A stretch of DNA of 64,000 bases from the NCBI GenBank assembly GCA_963844035.1, contig CAWJMT010000036.1:1-64000 (forward strand), in the 5' to 3' direction. The DNA comes from an uncultured Gemmatimonadales bacterium (GTDB taxonomy: Bacteria; Gemmatimonadota; Gemmatimonadetes; Gemmatimonadales; GWC2-71-9). Shown here piece after piece: positions 53,629 to 64,000 of this stretch (positions are counted from its first letter, which is position 1; the number at the start of each line of letters is the position of its first letter). The notes under the pieces were generated by a model, which saw only the letters and a list, made by a program, of their open reading frames with translations, did no database searches and was not told where the DNA came from. The translations under genes and the position numbers were made by a program.

Positions 53629-54675
53629 ATGCACGCCTGCGCCATCCGCGCCACCGGCGGCCTCGACCAGATTCAGCTGCTCGATCTTCCCGCGGCGCCG
53701 CCGCCCGCGCCCGGTACCGTGCGGGTAAGCATCCGCGCCGCAGCCCTGAACCATCTCGATCTGTTCGTGATCCGCGGACTGGCGCACGACATCGCCTTTC
53801 CGCACATCCTCGGCGCCGACGGAGCCGGGGTGGTGGACGCGGTTGGGAGCGGCGTCACTCGTGTGAAGCCGGGTGATCGCGTGATGATCAATCCCGGCAT
53901 CTCCGACTACACCTGCGAGTACTGCCGCAGGGGCGAGCATTCCCTGTGCGTCACGTTCCGCCTGCTGGGGGAACACCTGTCCGGGACGATGGCGCAGTGG
54001 ATCGTCGTGCCGGAGCACAACGTCGCGCTGGTGCCGTCGTGCGATCCGCCGCTCAGCTGGGCTGAGGCGGCGGCATTCTCGCTGGTGACGCTCACCGCCT
54101 GGCGCATGCTCGTTACGCGCGCAGCGGTCCAGGCCGGTGAGACCGTGCTGGTGTGGGGCATCGGGGGTGGCGTGTCGCTTGCGGCGCTGCGGGTGGCGAA
54201 GCTCCGCGGCGCGCGCGTGATCGCGACGTCGTCCAGCGACGCCAAGCTGGCGGCCGCGCGCAAACTCGGCGCCGATGTCGTGCTCAACTACACCACGCAA
54301 TCCGTGGCGCGTGAGGTCCGGGCCCACACCGGGGGGCGCGGCGCCGACGTGGTTGTGGAGAACGCCGGAGAGGCCACGTGGGAAGAGTCGCTCCGGGCGC
54401 TGGCCCGCGGCGGACGCCTCGTGACGTGCGGCGCGACCACTGGCCCCAAAGTCGTGACCGACCTCCGGCGGGTGTTCTGGTACCAGTACACCATCCTGGG
54501 ATCGACCATGGGCAACGCCGCCGAGTACGTCGAAGTCACCCGGGAGCTCGGGCGTGGGCACCTGCGGCCCATCATGGATCAGGTTTTCCCTCTCGCACAG
54601 GCCCGGGACGCCTTTCACCGGCTCGCCCAGGGTGAGCAGCTCGGCAAGATTTGCGTCGAGATCGCCGCGGAGTGA
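53629..54675 (+). CDS. Zinc-binding dehydrogenase / NADPH:quinone oxidoreductase family protein
   Basis: ALNHLD, LGADGAG, CEYC..C, GIGGGV, CGATTG, GSTMG. Confidence 0.9.
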   Translation: MHACAIRATGGLDQIQLLDLPAAPPPAPGTVRVSIRAAALNHLDLFVIRGLAHDIAFPHILGADGAGVVDAVGSGVTRVKPGDRVMINPGISDYTCEYCRRGEHSLCVTFRLLGEHLSGTMAQWIVVPEHNVALVPSCDPPLSWAEAAAFSLVTLTAWRMLVTRAAVQAGETVLVWGIGGGVSLAALRVAKLRGARVIATSSSDAKLAAARKLGADVVLNYTTQSVAREVRAHTGGRGADVVVENAGEATWEESLRALARGGRLVTCGATTGPKVVTDLRRVFWYQYTILGSTMGNAAEYVEVTRELGRGHLRPIMDQVFPLAQARDAFHRLAQGEQLGKICVEIAAE

Positions 54676-54738
54676 GCGGGCCGTCCGCAGCTCCTGCGTA
54701 AGTCCATTTCCCGTCCTCATTTAGGGACGGGGTCCGCG

Positions 54739-54779
54739 TTGCATTTTCCCCTCTAAGTTATTATTTTTCCGCAACTTAG
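54739..54779 (+). promoter_or_regulatory. Putative gyrA promoter with an inverted repeat flanking the -10 box
   Basis: TTGCAT-N17-TATTTT; CTAAGTT-N13-AACTTAG spans the -10. Confidence 0.55.
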
Positions 54780-54833
54780 GCCGATGCCCGGCTCCCTGGA
54801 AAACCGACTTCTGACATCCCAAACCGGCCGCTC

Positions 54834-57335
54834 ATGACCGCTCCGAACGTCCGCGAACGCATCCTCCCGCGCCTCATCGAAGACGAGATGAAGGAGTCGT
54901 TCCTCGACTACTCGATGAGCGTCATCGTGCAGCGCGCGCTGCCCGACGTGCGCGACGGGCTCAAGCCCGTGCACCGCCGGATTCTGTACGCGATGAACGA
55001 GCTGGGGCTCGTCCCCGGACGCCCGTACAAGAAGAGCGCGACGGTGGTCGGCGACGTGCTCGGCAAGTACCACCCGCACGGCGACGTCGCCCTGTACGAC
55101 TCGCTCGTGCGCATGGTGCAGGATTTCTCGCTGCGCTATCCGCTGATCGACGGCCAGGGGAATTTCGGCTCGGTGGACGGCGACTCGGCAGCCGCGTACC
55201 GCTACACCGAGGCGCGCCTGACCCGCATCGCCATGGCGATGCTCGAGGACATCGACCGGAACACCGTCCCATTCATCCCCAACTTCGACGGGCGCCTGCA
55301 GGAGCCGGTCGTACTGCCGTCCCGGCTGCCCAATCTGATCGTCAACGGCTCGGCGGGCATCGCGGTGGGGATGGCGACCAATATCCCGCCGCACAATCTC
55401 GGCGAGACGGTCGCCGCGATCGAGCATCTGGTGGACCACCCCGACGCCACGATCAAGGATCTCCGGAAGTTCATCAAGGGTCCGGACTTTCCGACGGGCG
55501 CGATCATCTACGGCCGCGACGGCGTCAAGGAATGCTACGAAAAGGGCCGGGGGCGGATCGTCATCCGTGCCCGCGCTACCGTCGAGGAGCGGGAGTCGAG
55601 CGGTAAGCAGCAGATCGTCGTCACCGAATTCCCCTACCAGGTGTCGCCGGAACGGGTGCTCGAGCAGATCCGCGACCTGGTGCTCGCGAAAAAGCTCGAG
55701 GGGATCTCCGACTTGCGGAACGAGTCGGATCGCGAGGGAATCCGGATCATGATCGAGCTGAAACGGGACGCCGTGCCATTGGTTGTCCTGAACCAGCTCT
55801 ACACGCGCACCCAGATGCAGGTGACCTTCGGCGCCATCATGCTGGCGCTGGTGGATGGCGCACCGAAGGAAATGAACCTGAAGGAGCTGCTCGAGCACTT
55901 CATCGAGCACCGTCACACCGTTATCACCCGCCGCACCCAGTTCGAGCTCACGCGGGCGCAGGACCGCGAGCACATCCTCGAGGGGTTGAAGATCGCCGTC
56001 GACAATATCGACGAGGTGATCAAGATCATCCGTAAGGCGAAGGACACGCCGACGGCGGATGCGGCACTGCGCAAGCGGTTCAAGTTGTCGGAGAAGCAAT
56101 CGGCCGAGATCCTCAACATGCGCCTGGCGCGGCTGACCGCGCTCGAAGTCACCAAGCTCGAGGAGGAGCTGCGCGAGGTCCGCAAGTTCATCAAGGAGTG
56201 CAAGGAAATCCTCGCCTCAAAGCCGCGCCGCATGAAGATCCTCAAGGAGGAGCTCACCGAGCTGTCCGCCGGGTTCGGCGACGAGCGCCGCACCGAGATC
56301 GTTGCCGATCAGGGCGAGTTCTCGATCGAGGATCTGATCGCCGAGGAGGACATGGTCATCACCGTGTCCCACGACGGCTACATCAAGCGGCTGCCGGTCA
56401 CGGCGTACCGGCGCCAGCACCGCGGCGGGCGCGGCATCACGGCGGCGCACACCAAAGAAGACGACTGGGTCGAGCATCTGTTCATCGCCTCGACTCACGA
56501 CTACGTGATGGTGTTCACCCAGAGCGGCCACTGCTACTGGCTCAAGGTGCACGAGATCCCGCAGGCGGCCCGGGCGGCGCGTGGCAAACCAATCATGAGC
56601 TGCGTCGCCATGAAGACCGAGGAGCGCCTCGCCGCCCTGGTGCCGGTGCGCGAGTTCTCGGAGGACGCCTACCTGTTCTTCACCACCAAGAACGGCGTCG
56701 CCAAGAAGACGGTCCTTTCCGAGTTCGGCAACCCGCGCTCGAGCGGCATCCGCGCGATCAACATCGAGGCCGGCGACGAGCTCATCGACGTGCAGGTGAC
56801 CGACGGCTCGAACGACATCGTGCTCGCCACACGCCACGGGATGAGCATCCGGTTTCACGAGAAGGACGTGCGCGACATGGGCCGCACGGCCACGGGCGTG
56901 AAGGGCATCGAGCTCGACAAGAAAGACTTCGTCATCGATATGGTGGTCGTGCGCCGCAAGTGCACGCTGCTCGTCGTCACCGAGAAGGGGATGGGCAAGC
57001 GTTCCGAGCTCGACGAGTACCGCGTGCAGCACCGCGGGGGCCGTGGCATCATCACATTGAAGCGCTCGCCCAAGACCGGCGACATCGTCGCGCTGAAGGA
57101 AGTGATGCCGGACGACGAGCTGATGATGATCACGAAGAAGGGGATCATGATCCGCGTCCCCGTGGAAGGCATTCGCGTCTCCGGGCGGAACACGCAGGGC
57201 GTGAAGGTCATGAACCTCACCGCCGCCGACCTCGTGGTGGACGTCGCGCGCGTGGTCAAGGAGGACGAAGCAGAGAACGGCGCTGCGGACGACGATGAGC
57301 CGGCAAAGCCGAAAGCTCGTGCCCGCAAAAAATAG
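54834..57335 (+). CDS. gyrA: DNA gyrase subunit A
   Basis: [28 protein letters not shown] (catalytic Tyr), GyrA-box QHRGGRG, beta-pinwheel C-terminal domain. Confidence 0.97.
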   Translation: MTAPNVRERILPRLIEDEMKESFLDYSMSVIVQRALPDVRDGLKPVHRRILYAMNELGLVPGRPYKKSATVVGDVLGKYHPHGDVALYDSLVRMVQDFSLRYPLIDGQGNFGSVDGDSAAAYRYTEARLTRIAMAMLEDIDRNTVPFIPNFDGRLQEPVVLPSRLPNLIVNGSAGIAVGMATNIPPHNLGETVAAIEHLVDHPDATIKDLRKFIKGPDFPTGAIIYGRDGVKECYEKGRGRIVIRARATVEERESSGKQQIVVTEFPYQVSPERVLEQIRDLVLAKKLEGISDLRNESDREGIRIMIELKRDAVPLVVLNQLYTRTQMQVTFGAIMLALVDGAPKEMNLKELLEHFIEHRHTVITRRTQFELTRAQDREHILEGLKIAVDNIDEVIKIIRKAKDTPTADAALRKRFKLSEKQSAEILNMRLARLTALEVTKLEEELREVRKFIKECKEILASKPRRMKILKEELTELSAGFGDERRTEIVADQGEFSIEDLIAEEDMVITVSHDGYIKRLPVTAYRRQHRGGRGITAAHTKEDDWVEHLFIASTHDYVMVFTQSGHCYWLKVHEIPQAARAARGKPIMSCVAMKTEERLAALVPVREFSEDAYLFFTTKNGVAKKTVLSEFGNPRSSGIRAINIEAGDELIDVQVTDGSNDIVLATRHGMSIRFHEKDVRDMGRTATGVKGIELDKKDFVIDMVVVRRKCTLLVVTEKGMGKRSELDEYRVQHRGGRGIITLKRSPKTGDIVALKEVMPDDELMMITKKGIMIRVPVEGIRVSGRNTQGVKVMNLTAADLVVDVARVVKEDEAENGAADDDEPAKPKARARKK

Positions 57336-58266
57336 CGCGGTCGATGCCTCGGCCGTGCGGGATGCCGCCGCCGCGCTGCGGGGCGTGGCCGTCCGCACGC
57401 CGCTGCTCTACGTCGAAGCGCTGGGCGTCCATCTCAAGCTCGAGAACCTGCAGCCGATGGGCGCCTTCAAGATCCGCGGCGCCTACAACGCGATCCGGAA
57501 ACTCCCCGAAGCCGCCCGTACCCACGGGGTGCTCACCTATTCGAGCGGCAACCACGGGCAGGCGGTCGCCTACGCCGCCCGCTTCATCGGGATCCGCGCG
57601 GTCGTGGTCATGCCGGAGACCGCGCCGGCGGTGAAGGTGGCCGGAGTGCGGCGCTGGGGCGGCGAGGTCGTGCTGGCGGGCCGCACGTCGGAGGACCGCC
57701 GGGCGAAGGCCGAGGAGATCGCGGCGCGGGAGGGACTCGTCGTCGTCGCTCCCTACGACGATCCTGACATCGTGGCCGGGCAGGCCACGATGGCGCTCGA
57801 GATCGTGGAGCAGCTCCCCGATGTGGCGACGGTGGTGGTGCCGGTGGGTGGCGGCGGGCTCATCGCGGGCGTGTTGACGGGGCTGGCGGCAGCCCAGAGC
57901 CAGGCGATCGTGTGGGGCGTCGAGCCGGCGGGTGCGCCCAAGCTGCAGCGCTCCCTCGCCACGGGACGCCGCACGCGCCTGGAGCGCACCACGAGCATCG
58001 CGGACGGCCTGATCACCCTTTCCGTCGGCGAGGTCCCGTTCGGCGAGCTGATGCGGCACCGGGACCGCCTGGCCGGCGTGGGTCTGGTGGACGATGACAG
58101 TCTCCGCGAGGCCATGGCTTTCTTGTGGCGCACCTGCCGCCTCGCCGTCGAACCCTCTGGCGCGGCCGCCGTCGCTGCCGTGCGATCGGGCTCCGTGCGT
58201 CCCGCCGCGCCCGCCGTGGTGATCGTGAGCGGCGGCAACATCGATCCCGCGCTCCTCCAGGACTGA
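57295..58266 (+). CDS. PLP-dependent threonine/serine dehydratase (start uncertain)
   Basis: [38 protein letters not shown]. Confidence 0.92.
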   Translation: MSRQSRKLVPAKNSAVDASAVRDAAAALRGVAVRTPLLYVEALGVHLKLENLQPMGAFKIRGAYNAIRKLPEAARTHGVLTYSSGNHGQAVAYAARFIGIRAVVVMPETAPAVKVAGVRRWGGEVVLAGRTSEDRRAKAEEIAAREGLVVVAPYDDPDIVAGQATMALEIVEQLPDVATVVVPVGGGGLIAGVLTGLAAAQSQAIVWGVEPAGAPKLQRSLATGRRTRLERTTSIADGLITLSVGEVPFGELMRHRDRLAGVGLVDDDSLREAMAFLWRTCRLAVEPSGAAAVAAVRSGSVRPAAPAVVIVSGGNIDPALLQD

Positions 58267-58273
58267 GGCTCGA

Positions 58274-59715
58274 TTGGCCGCCCTCCCCGCACCCAAGATT
58301 CTGGTAGCGGACGACGATCAGTCGCTCCTCCGCACGTTGACGTGGATCCTCAAGGAAAGCGGATATCGACGTCGTCGCCGCGCCTGGAGGGGAAGGGCTG
58401 CTCACGCTGCTGGAACAGGAGCGCCCCAACATGCTCCTGCTCGACATCATGATGCCCAAGACGGACGGGCTGCAGCTGCTCGAGCGGCTCAAGGCCGACG
58501 AGCGCTTTCGCGATCTCCCGGTGCTGATGGTGTCGTCGATGCCGCCGGAGGAGGCGACGGTGAAGGCGCTGGGTCTCGGCGCCGCGGATTTCATCGCCAA
58601 GCCGTTCCGGGTGCGCGAGCTGCTCGCGCGGGTCGAGGCGCACCTCCGCACCGCCGGGGCGCTGGGTCGGGCGCGCGAGGAAGCCGAGAGCCGCGCCGCC
58701 ATCGTGGACATCCTGCACGAGGTGACCGATTCGCTCAAGCCGGACGACATCTACCACATCCTGGCCCGCCGTATCGCCCGCGTGCTCAACCTTTCGAAGT
58801 GCTCACTGGTGCGCGCCAAGCCTGGGGACCAGATCGGCGTCGTGGTGGCCGCGTTCGAAAACCCGATGCTCCGCAATCTGCAGATCGAGCTCAGCCGCTA
58901 CCCGGAGATCCAGCGGGCGCTCGCGTTGGGACGCCCGGTGCTGGTCGAGGACGTCGAGACCGATCCGCTCTACACGGACGAGCGGGCGCGCTGGAAGCGC
59001 GACGGCATCACCGTCCTGACGCACTCCGCGGCAGCCGTGCCGTTCACGATGAAGGATCAGCAGGTCGGCGTCTGCTTCCTGCGCACCACCGGCTCGGATC
59101 CCGCGATCACGCGCGCCGACTGCCAGTTCGCGGAGACGGTGATCCGCACCGCGGTCGCGGCCATGGAGAAGGCCTACGACTTCGAGACCGCCGTCTCCGA
59201 CAAGGCGCGGCTCGAGAAGCTGGCGGCGACCGACCCGCTCACGGGTTGCCTCAACCGGCGCGCGCTCGCTGATGCGCTGGCGCAGGAGCTCGACCGGGCG
59301 CGGCGCTACGACCTTGCGATCACGATCCTGCTCGCCGACATCGACCAGTTCAAAGACGTCAACGACACGCGCGGCCACGTTGCGGGCGATGCCGTTCTGC
59401 GGCAAGTTGGTGAGATCCTGCACCGCGAGGCGCGGTCGGTGGACATCGTAGCGCGCTACGGAGGCGAAGAGTTCGTGATCGTGATGCCGGAAACGGCCCC
59501 CGACGGCGCGATGACCTTCGCCGAACGGCTGCGCCTGCGGATCGAAGAGCACGACTTCGCCGATCCGGGGACGCGACCCGCTCAACGTCACGGTCAGCAT
59601 CGGGCTCGCGTCGTTTCCGGACGACCGCGTCACAGGGCCCGATACCTTCGTCGCGCTCGCCGACCAGGCGCTGTACCGCGCGAAGAACGACGGCCGCAAC
59701 CTGGTGCGTCAGTGA
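58274..59715 (+). CDS. REC-GAF-GGDEF diguanylate cyclase; frameshifts near 58365 and 59575
   Basis: LVADDD, LLDIMMP, AKPF; DPLTG..NRR, RSVD I-site, GGEEF; the shifted frame gives TVSIG..ADQALYRAK..GRN. Confidence 0.88.
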
Positions 59716-60782
59716 GCGAGCGCCGCTGTCCGCGCTGCGGCGCGGTGTACACCGACGGGGCCCGGTTCTGCTCGCGGGACGGCAGCATGCTGGCCGAGGT
59801 GCAATCCAGGCCCCGCGCCCAGCCGTCGGCGGACGGCGCCACGGCCGTGCGCACACCGCTGCCGCTCGCCCAAGGCGCTCGATCGCGCCGCGAGACTCTC
59901 CGGACAGCTGCTCGACTCCCGCTACCAGGTGCTGAAGAAGCTGGGCGAGGGCGGGATGTCGTACGTCTACCTCGCCAAGGACATCCCGACCGGCCAGGAA
60001 GTCGCGATCAAGGTCCTCTCGCCCAAGCTCGCGAGCGACAAGACCGCCGTGGAGCGGCTGCGGCGCGAGGCCGGGCTCGCCATGCGGCTCGATCACCCCA
60101 ACGTCTGCCGCATCATGCGCCTGGGGGAGTCCGAGGACCGGCTGATCTACCTCGTGATGCCGTTCCTCAAGGGCGAGCTGCTCTCCGATCGAGGAGGTGC
60201 AGGGCGGGCCCGATGGACATCGCGGCCGGCATCGAGATCCTGCAGCAGGTGTGTGCCGGGCTGCACCACGCGCACGAGCTGCAGATCATCCATCGCGACC
60301 TGAAGCCGGAAAACATCATGCTGGTGGCGGAAGACGGCCAGCCGCAGCGCGCCGTGGTCATGGATTTCGGGCTCGCCAAGGAACGCCGGGCCGATCCCGC
60401 GATCGCGAAGCTCACGGCCACCGGGATCATCCTCGGGACGCCGGAGTTCATGAGCCCCGAGCAGATCCGCGGGAAGCCGCTCGACGCGCGATCGGACGTG
60501 TACGCCCTCGGCATCGTGGCGTTCGAGATGTTCAGCGGCAAGCTGCCGTTCCAGGGACGCAATGCGCAGGAGATGATGATCGCCCGGTTGCGGGGCCAGC
60601 CGCTCACGCTGCGCCAGCTGCGGCCCGACATCCCCGCCCCGGTCGAGCGGGCGCTGATGCGCGCGATGGATACCAACCCGGACGCGCGGTTTGCGACGGC
60701 GCTGGAGTTCGCCCAGGCGCTGACGGCGCCCTCATCCGCTCCGGGCGGCGTCTTCGGGAAGTTGAAGGAGAAGCTCACCTAA
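59712..60782 (+). CDS. Ser/Thr protein kinase with N-terminal zinc ribbon; frameshifts near 59880 and 60195
   Basis: CPRCG..FCSRDG; LGEGGM, VAIK, HRDLKPEN, DFG, GTPEFMSPEQ. Confidence 0.9.
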   Translation: MSERRCPRCGAVYTDGARFCSRDGSMLAEVQSRPRAQPSADGATAVRTPLPLAQGARSRRETLRTAARLPLPGAEEAGRGRDVVRLPRQGHPDRPGSRDQGPLAQARERQDRRGAAAARGRARHAARSPQRLPHHAPGGVRGPADLPRDAVPQGRAALRSRRCRAGPMDIAAGIEILQQVCAGLHHAHELQIIHRDLKPENIMLVAEDGQPQRAVVMDFGLAKERRADPAIAKLTATGIILGTPEFMSPEQIRGKPLDARSDVYALGIVAFEMFSGKLPFQGRNAQEMMIARLRGQPLTLRQLRPDIPAPVERALMRAMDTNPDARFATALEFAQALTAPSSAPGGVFGKLKEKLT

Positions 60783-60800
60783 CCGGCCGGCAGGACAAGC

Positions 60801-61901
60801 GTGCGTCGTTTCGCAGCGTTCGATCCCCCCGAGTACCTCGCCTGGAAGCCGGACGCCAGCGCTCGCACGCGCGTATCGGGCGACCGTCGAGGCCGATCCC
60901 GAGCGCGCCCGCGTGGTGCAGGCCCTGTCTGCGGACGACCAGCTCTCACTCTACGCCGGCCTGCTGCGCGCGCGGCTGCACGACATTCAGCTCAAGCGCT
61001 GGGTCCGGGGCGGCGTCATCTCCAAGGCATGGCTGGGCACCGGCGAAGAGGCCACGACGGTCGGGCCGGCGCGCGCGCTCGCAGCGCGGCGCCGACGTCG
61101 TCGCGCCGATGATCCGCAACGCCGCCGCCTGCTGCGAGATGGGGATGCCGGTCGCCGACATGCTCCGCGCCTACCTGGCCACCGCCGACTCGCCCTCCGG
61201 GGGACGGGACGTGCACGTCGGCGATCTGGCGCACGGCGTGCTGCAGCCCATCTCGCACGTCGGCGACATGGTCCCCGTCGTCGCCGGCATCGCGTTGACC
61301 TTCAAGCTCCGCAGCGAGGCACGCGTGGCCCTCACCTGGGTGGGGGACGGCGCCACCAAGACCGCCGCGGCGCACGAGGGGATGAACTTCGCGGCCGTGC
61401 AGAAGGTGCCCGCGATCTTCGTCCTCCAGAACAACCAGGTGGCGCTCGGGACGCGCCTCGCGGCGCACCACCTGCCGCAGGACTTCCGGGACTGGCCGGC
61501 GAGCTACGGGATGTTCGGAGCGGCGTTCGACGGCAACAACGTCGCTGGACGCGTATGCCGCGACCGTGCTCGCCGCCGCGCGCTGCCGGCGCGGTGAAGG
61601 GCCCGTGATGCTCCTGGCCGAGACGTTTCGCATGGGCGGCCACGCCACCCACGACGATGCGGAGGCGCGCGCCACGTTCCCCGACGCCACGTTCAAGGCA
61701 TGGGGAGCGCGTGATCCCATCGGCCTGTACGAGGAATATCTCAAAGGCGCGGGGCGGACAGCGCGGGAGCTCGAGGACGTCGAGAGCGACACAACTGCGC
61801 AAATGGAGCGAGCCGTCGCGGAGGCCCTGGCAAGCAAGCAGCGCGTCCCGGCGGGAACGTCGGCGTTGAATGGCGTGTACGCGGGGAATGACCATGGCTA
61901 G
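60801..61901 (+). CDS. TPP-dependent 2-oxoacid dehydrogenase E1 alpha-like subunit; several frameshifts
   Basis: GTGEEA, GGRDVH, GDGAT..HEGMN..QNN, DGN, FRMGGHATHD, RDPI across shifting frames. Confidence 0.85.
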
Positions 61902-63031
61902 AGCACACCGTCGCGGGGTTGGTCCTCGGCCTCATTGCCTGCACGTCCCCGGGATCGCGAGCGGCCGAAGCACCGGCCGGGCCGCACGACACCGTGACGA
62001 TTGCCGGTCACCTCCTGTACGTCCCCACTGGATTCTCGGTGAATCTGTTCGCCCAGGGACAAGATGGCCCGCGCTTCCTGGCGCTCGGTCCCGGTGGCGC
62101 CGTGTACGCGACCCTGTCGGCAGCCGGAAAGATCGTGCGGTTTGCGGACGCGGACGGTGACGGGGTGGCCGAGTCGGTCACGACGGTGCTGGCCGGCCTC
62201 GCCAACCCGTCGGGCATCGCGTTTCGCCGCGACACGCTGTATTTCGCCGAGACAGCGGCGCTCAAGCGGCTCGATCCCGGCAAGACCGTTCCGGTCTTCC
62301 TGGCGGGTCTACCGGCCGGTGGTGCCCACATCACCCGAACGATCGTCTTCGGTCCCGATAATCTCATGTACGTCGCCGTCGGCTCGTCGTGCAACATCTG
62401 CGACGACGCCCTGCCGCGGGCCGCCGTCACGCGCTTCAACCTCGACGGCTCGCATCCCCACACGTTCGCCACCGGCCTCCGCAACTCGGTGGGACTAGCG
62501 TTCAACCCTACCACCGGAGAACTCTGGGCGAACAACAACGACCGCGACAACATTGGACCGAACCAGGCGGCCACCGACAGCCTCCCGCCCGAGCGTCTGA
62601 ACATCTTGAAGGATGGAAAGTGGTACGGCTGGCCCCAGTGCTACCTGCCCGGCAAACCCAACTACGACCGGTATCCGGGGGCCGACTGCTCGGGCGTCGA
62701 GCCACCGGCGCTCACCTTCCAGGCGCACTCGGCGCCACTCGGCCTCGCCTTCTACACCGGTGCGATGTTTCCATCGGATTATCAGGGCGACGCGTTCATG
62801 ACGTACCACGGGTCATGGAACCGGAACGTGCCCACGGGCGCGAAGGTCGTCCGGGTGAGGGTGCGAAATGGGCGGCCCGTCGCCATCGAAGACTTTGTCA
62901 CTGGATGGCAGCTCACGAACGGGTCGCGCTGGGGCCGGCCGGTGGCGGTCTTGGTGGCGGCGGACGGGGCGTTGCTCGTGAGTGACGACCACGGCGGCAG
63001 GATTTGGAGGGTGAGCTTTGGGAAAAGTTAG
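61894..63031 (+). CDS. PQQ-dependent sugar / L-sorbosone dehydrogenase-like lipoprotein (5' frame uncertain)
   Basis: LIAC lipobox; GSSCNIC, GLRNSVG, YGWP, AHSAPLG, HGSWNR, GRPV, VSDD. Confidence 0.88.
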
Positions 63032-63086
63032 GCGGTTAGACGGTTAGTCGGTTAGATCACCTGACCGCCTAACCGCCTAACCGTCT
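63030..63086. repeat. Inverted pair of octamer tandem arrays forming a ~26-bp imperfect hairpin between convergent genes
   Basis: aggcggttagacggttagtcggttag-atcac-ctgaccgcctaaccgcctaaccgtct. Confidence 0.8.
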
Positions 63087-63092
63087 GTCTTT

Positions 63093-64000
63093 TCAGTTAC
63101 GGCGCGGTCCGATATAGACGCGCGCGCTGTCGAGCGCCGTATCGCGCCCCGCGAGCCAGTCGTCCACCGTTTGCTCGACGGCGATCTCAGGCGGAATTCC
63201 GACGCCGGTGAACTCGGTCCCGTCCGGGAAGGCTTCACGCACCACCGAGAGGGACAAGCTCCAATCCTTGAGCAACGCCAGCTCGAGCGGCCGTCCGGGA
63301 CTGCCCGACGAGGTCGAGCCGACGATCACGCCCCGTCCGGTGTTGCGGAACGCGGCCACGAGATCCTCCGCGGCACCGGCGGAGGCGGCGGAGCTGAGCG
63401 CTGCGATCGGGCCGGTGTAGCCCGGCAGGTCGATGCGCGGAGCGATCGAATCGACGGGGAACGCGTACCAGGTTTGGGCGGAGTCGGTCGGCCCGAATAT
63501 GCGCAAACCGGGCCGGTACGCCGGCGTACGTCGGCGGACAGTCGGAAACGCCTGCGTCGTCAGCCGCGCGAGGATTTGATAGCAATACAGTGGCTCCCCC
63601 GGCGCGGGGCTGCGCAGGTCGAGAATCAAGCCGCGCACGCCGGCAAATGTTGGGAACGCGCGGTCGAACTGCTCCACCACCTCGCGGCTGTCGAGGCGGG
63701 TGAGACGCACCGCCACGATGCCGTCGGGCAGCGAGTCGATCTGCAGGGCGGGGGGTTGGAGCGGCCAGCGATCCGCGAGCGATACGCTGCGCGTGACGCT
63801 GATCCCGCGCAGCTGGTCTCCCGGCAGCCGGAGGACCAGCTGCAGGGATGTGCCCCTCGGGCCCTCGAGCATGTCCCGGACGGCACGTTCCCAGCGTGCG
63901 GCCGGAGTCGCTCCACTGACTTGGGGAAGGATCGAGTCGCGGATCCACTGGTCCGCCGGGACGCCTTGCACGGAGACGATCTCGGCCAGGCGCTGCGGCC
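63093..64000 (-). CDS. S41-family peptidase, C-terminal part (runs off the window)
   Basis: GLILDLR, SAGAAED, VGSTSSG, GVGIPP; PDZ-like region upstream. Confidence 0.75.
   Translation of the reverse strand, partial: PQRLAEIVSVQGVPADQWIRDSILPQVSGATPAARWERAVRDMLEGPRGTSLQLVLRLPGDQLRGISVTRSVSLADRWPLQPPALQIDSLPDGIVAVRLTRLDSREVVEQFDRAFPTFAGVRGLILDLRSPAPGEPLYCYQILARLTTQAFPTVRRRTPAYRPGLRIFGPTDSAQTWYAFPVDSIAPRIDLPGYTGPIAALSSAASAGAAEDLVAAFRNTGRGVIVGSTSSGSPGRPLELALLKDWSLSLSVVREAFPDGTEFTGVGIPPEIAVEQTVDDWLAGRDTALDSARVYIGPRRN

Noticed and set aside
58431..60782. 783-aa ORF suggesting a GGDEF-kinase fusion
   Set aside because: The GGDEF C-terminus and the kinase N-lobe lie in other frames, and a GTGA stop/start overlap sits at 59712-59715. 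The fusion is a frameshift artefact.

Overview
A GC-rich bacterial chromosomal segment. The gene repertoire is suggestive of Gemmatimonadota, but that is inference only. About 58 genes are recognisable, and more than 20 single-base frameshifts in otherwise intact genes point to uncorrected long-read indels. Housekeeping genes include acnA, an EF-G paralog, thyX, rnhA, selD, gyrA, a thiolase and a 3-hydroxyacyl-CoA dehydrogenase. The standout locus (13152-24846) is a putative trans-envelope electron conduit. It has a membrane-anchored 2x[4Fe-4S]/NADPH-flavin oxidoreductase transcribed divergently from a ferric-reductase-like di-heme membrane protein, three secreted multiheme cytochromes c (20, 23+1 and 16 heme motifs by manual count) and two paralogous outer-membrane beta-barrels. 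A second candidate system (31837-35455) is an operon of two D-Ala-D-Ala-ligase-like ATP-grasp enzymes, a GNAT and a lysine-2,3-aminomutase-like radical SAM enzyme, preceded by a leader with a terminator-like hairpin. Short 7- and 8-mer tandem repeats and REP-like palindromes are scattered at gene boundaries, some as inverted pairs around start codons. I saw no tRNA, rRNA, CRISPR array, integrase or transposase.
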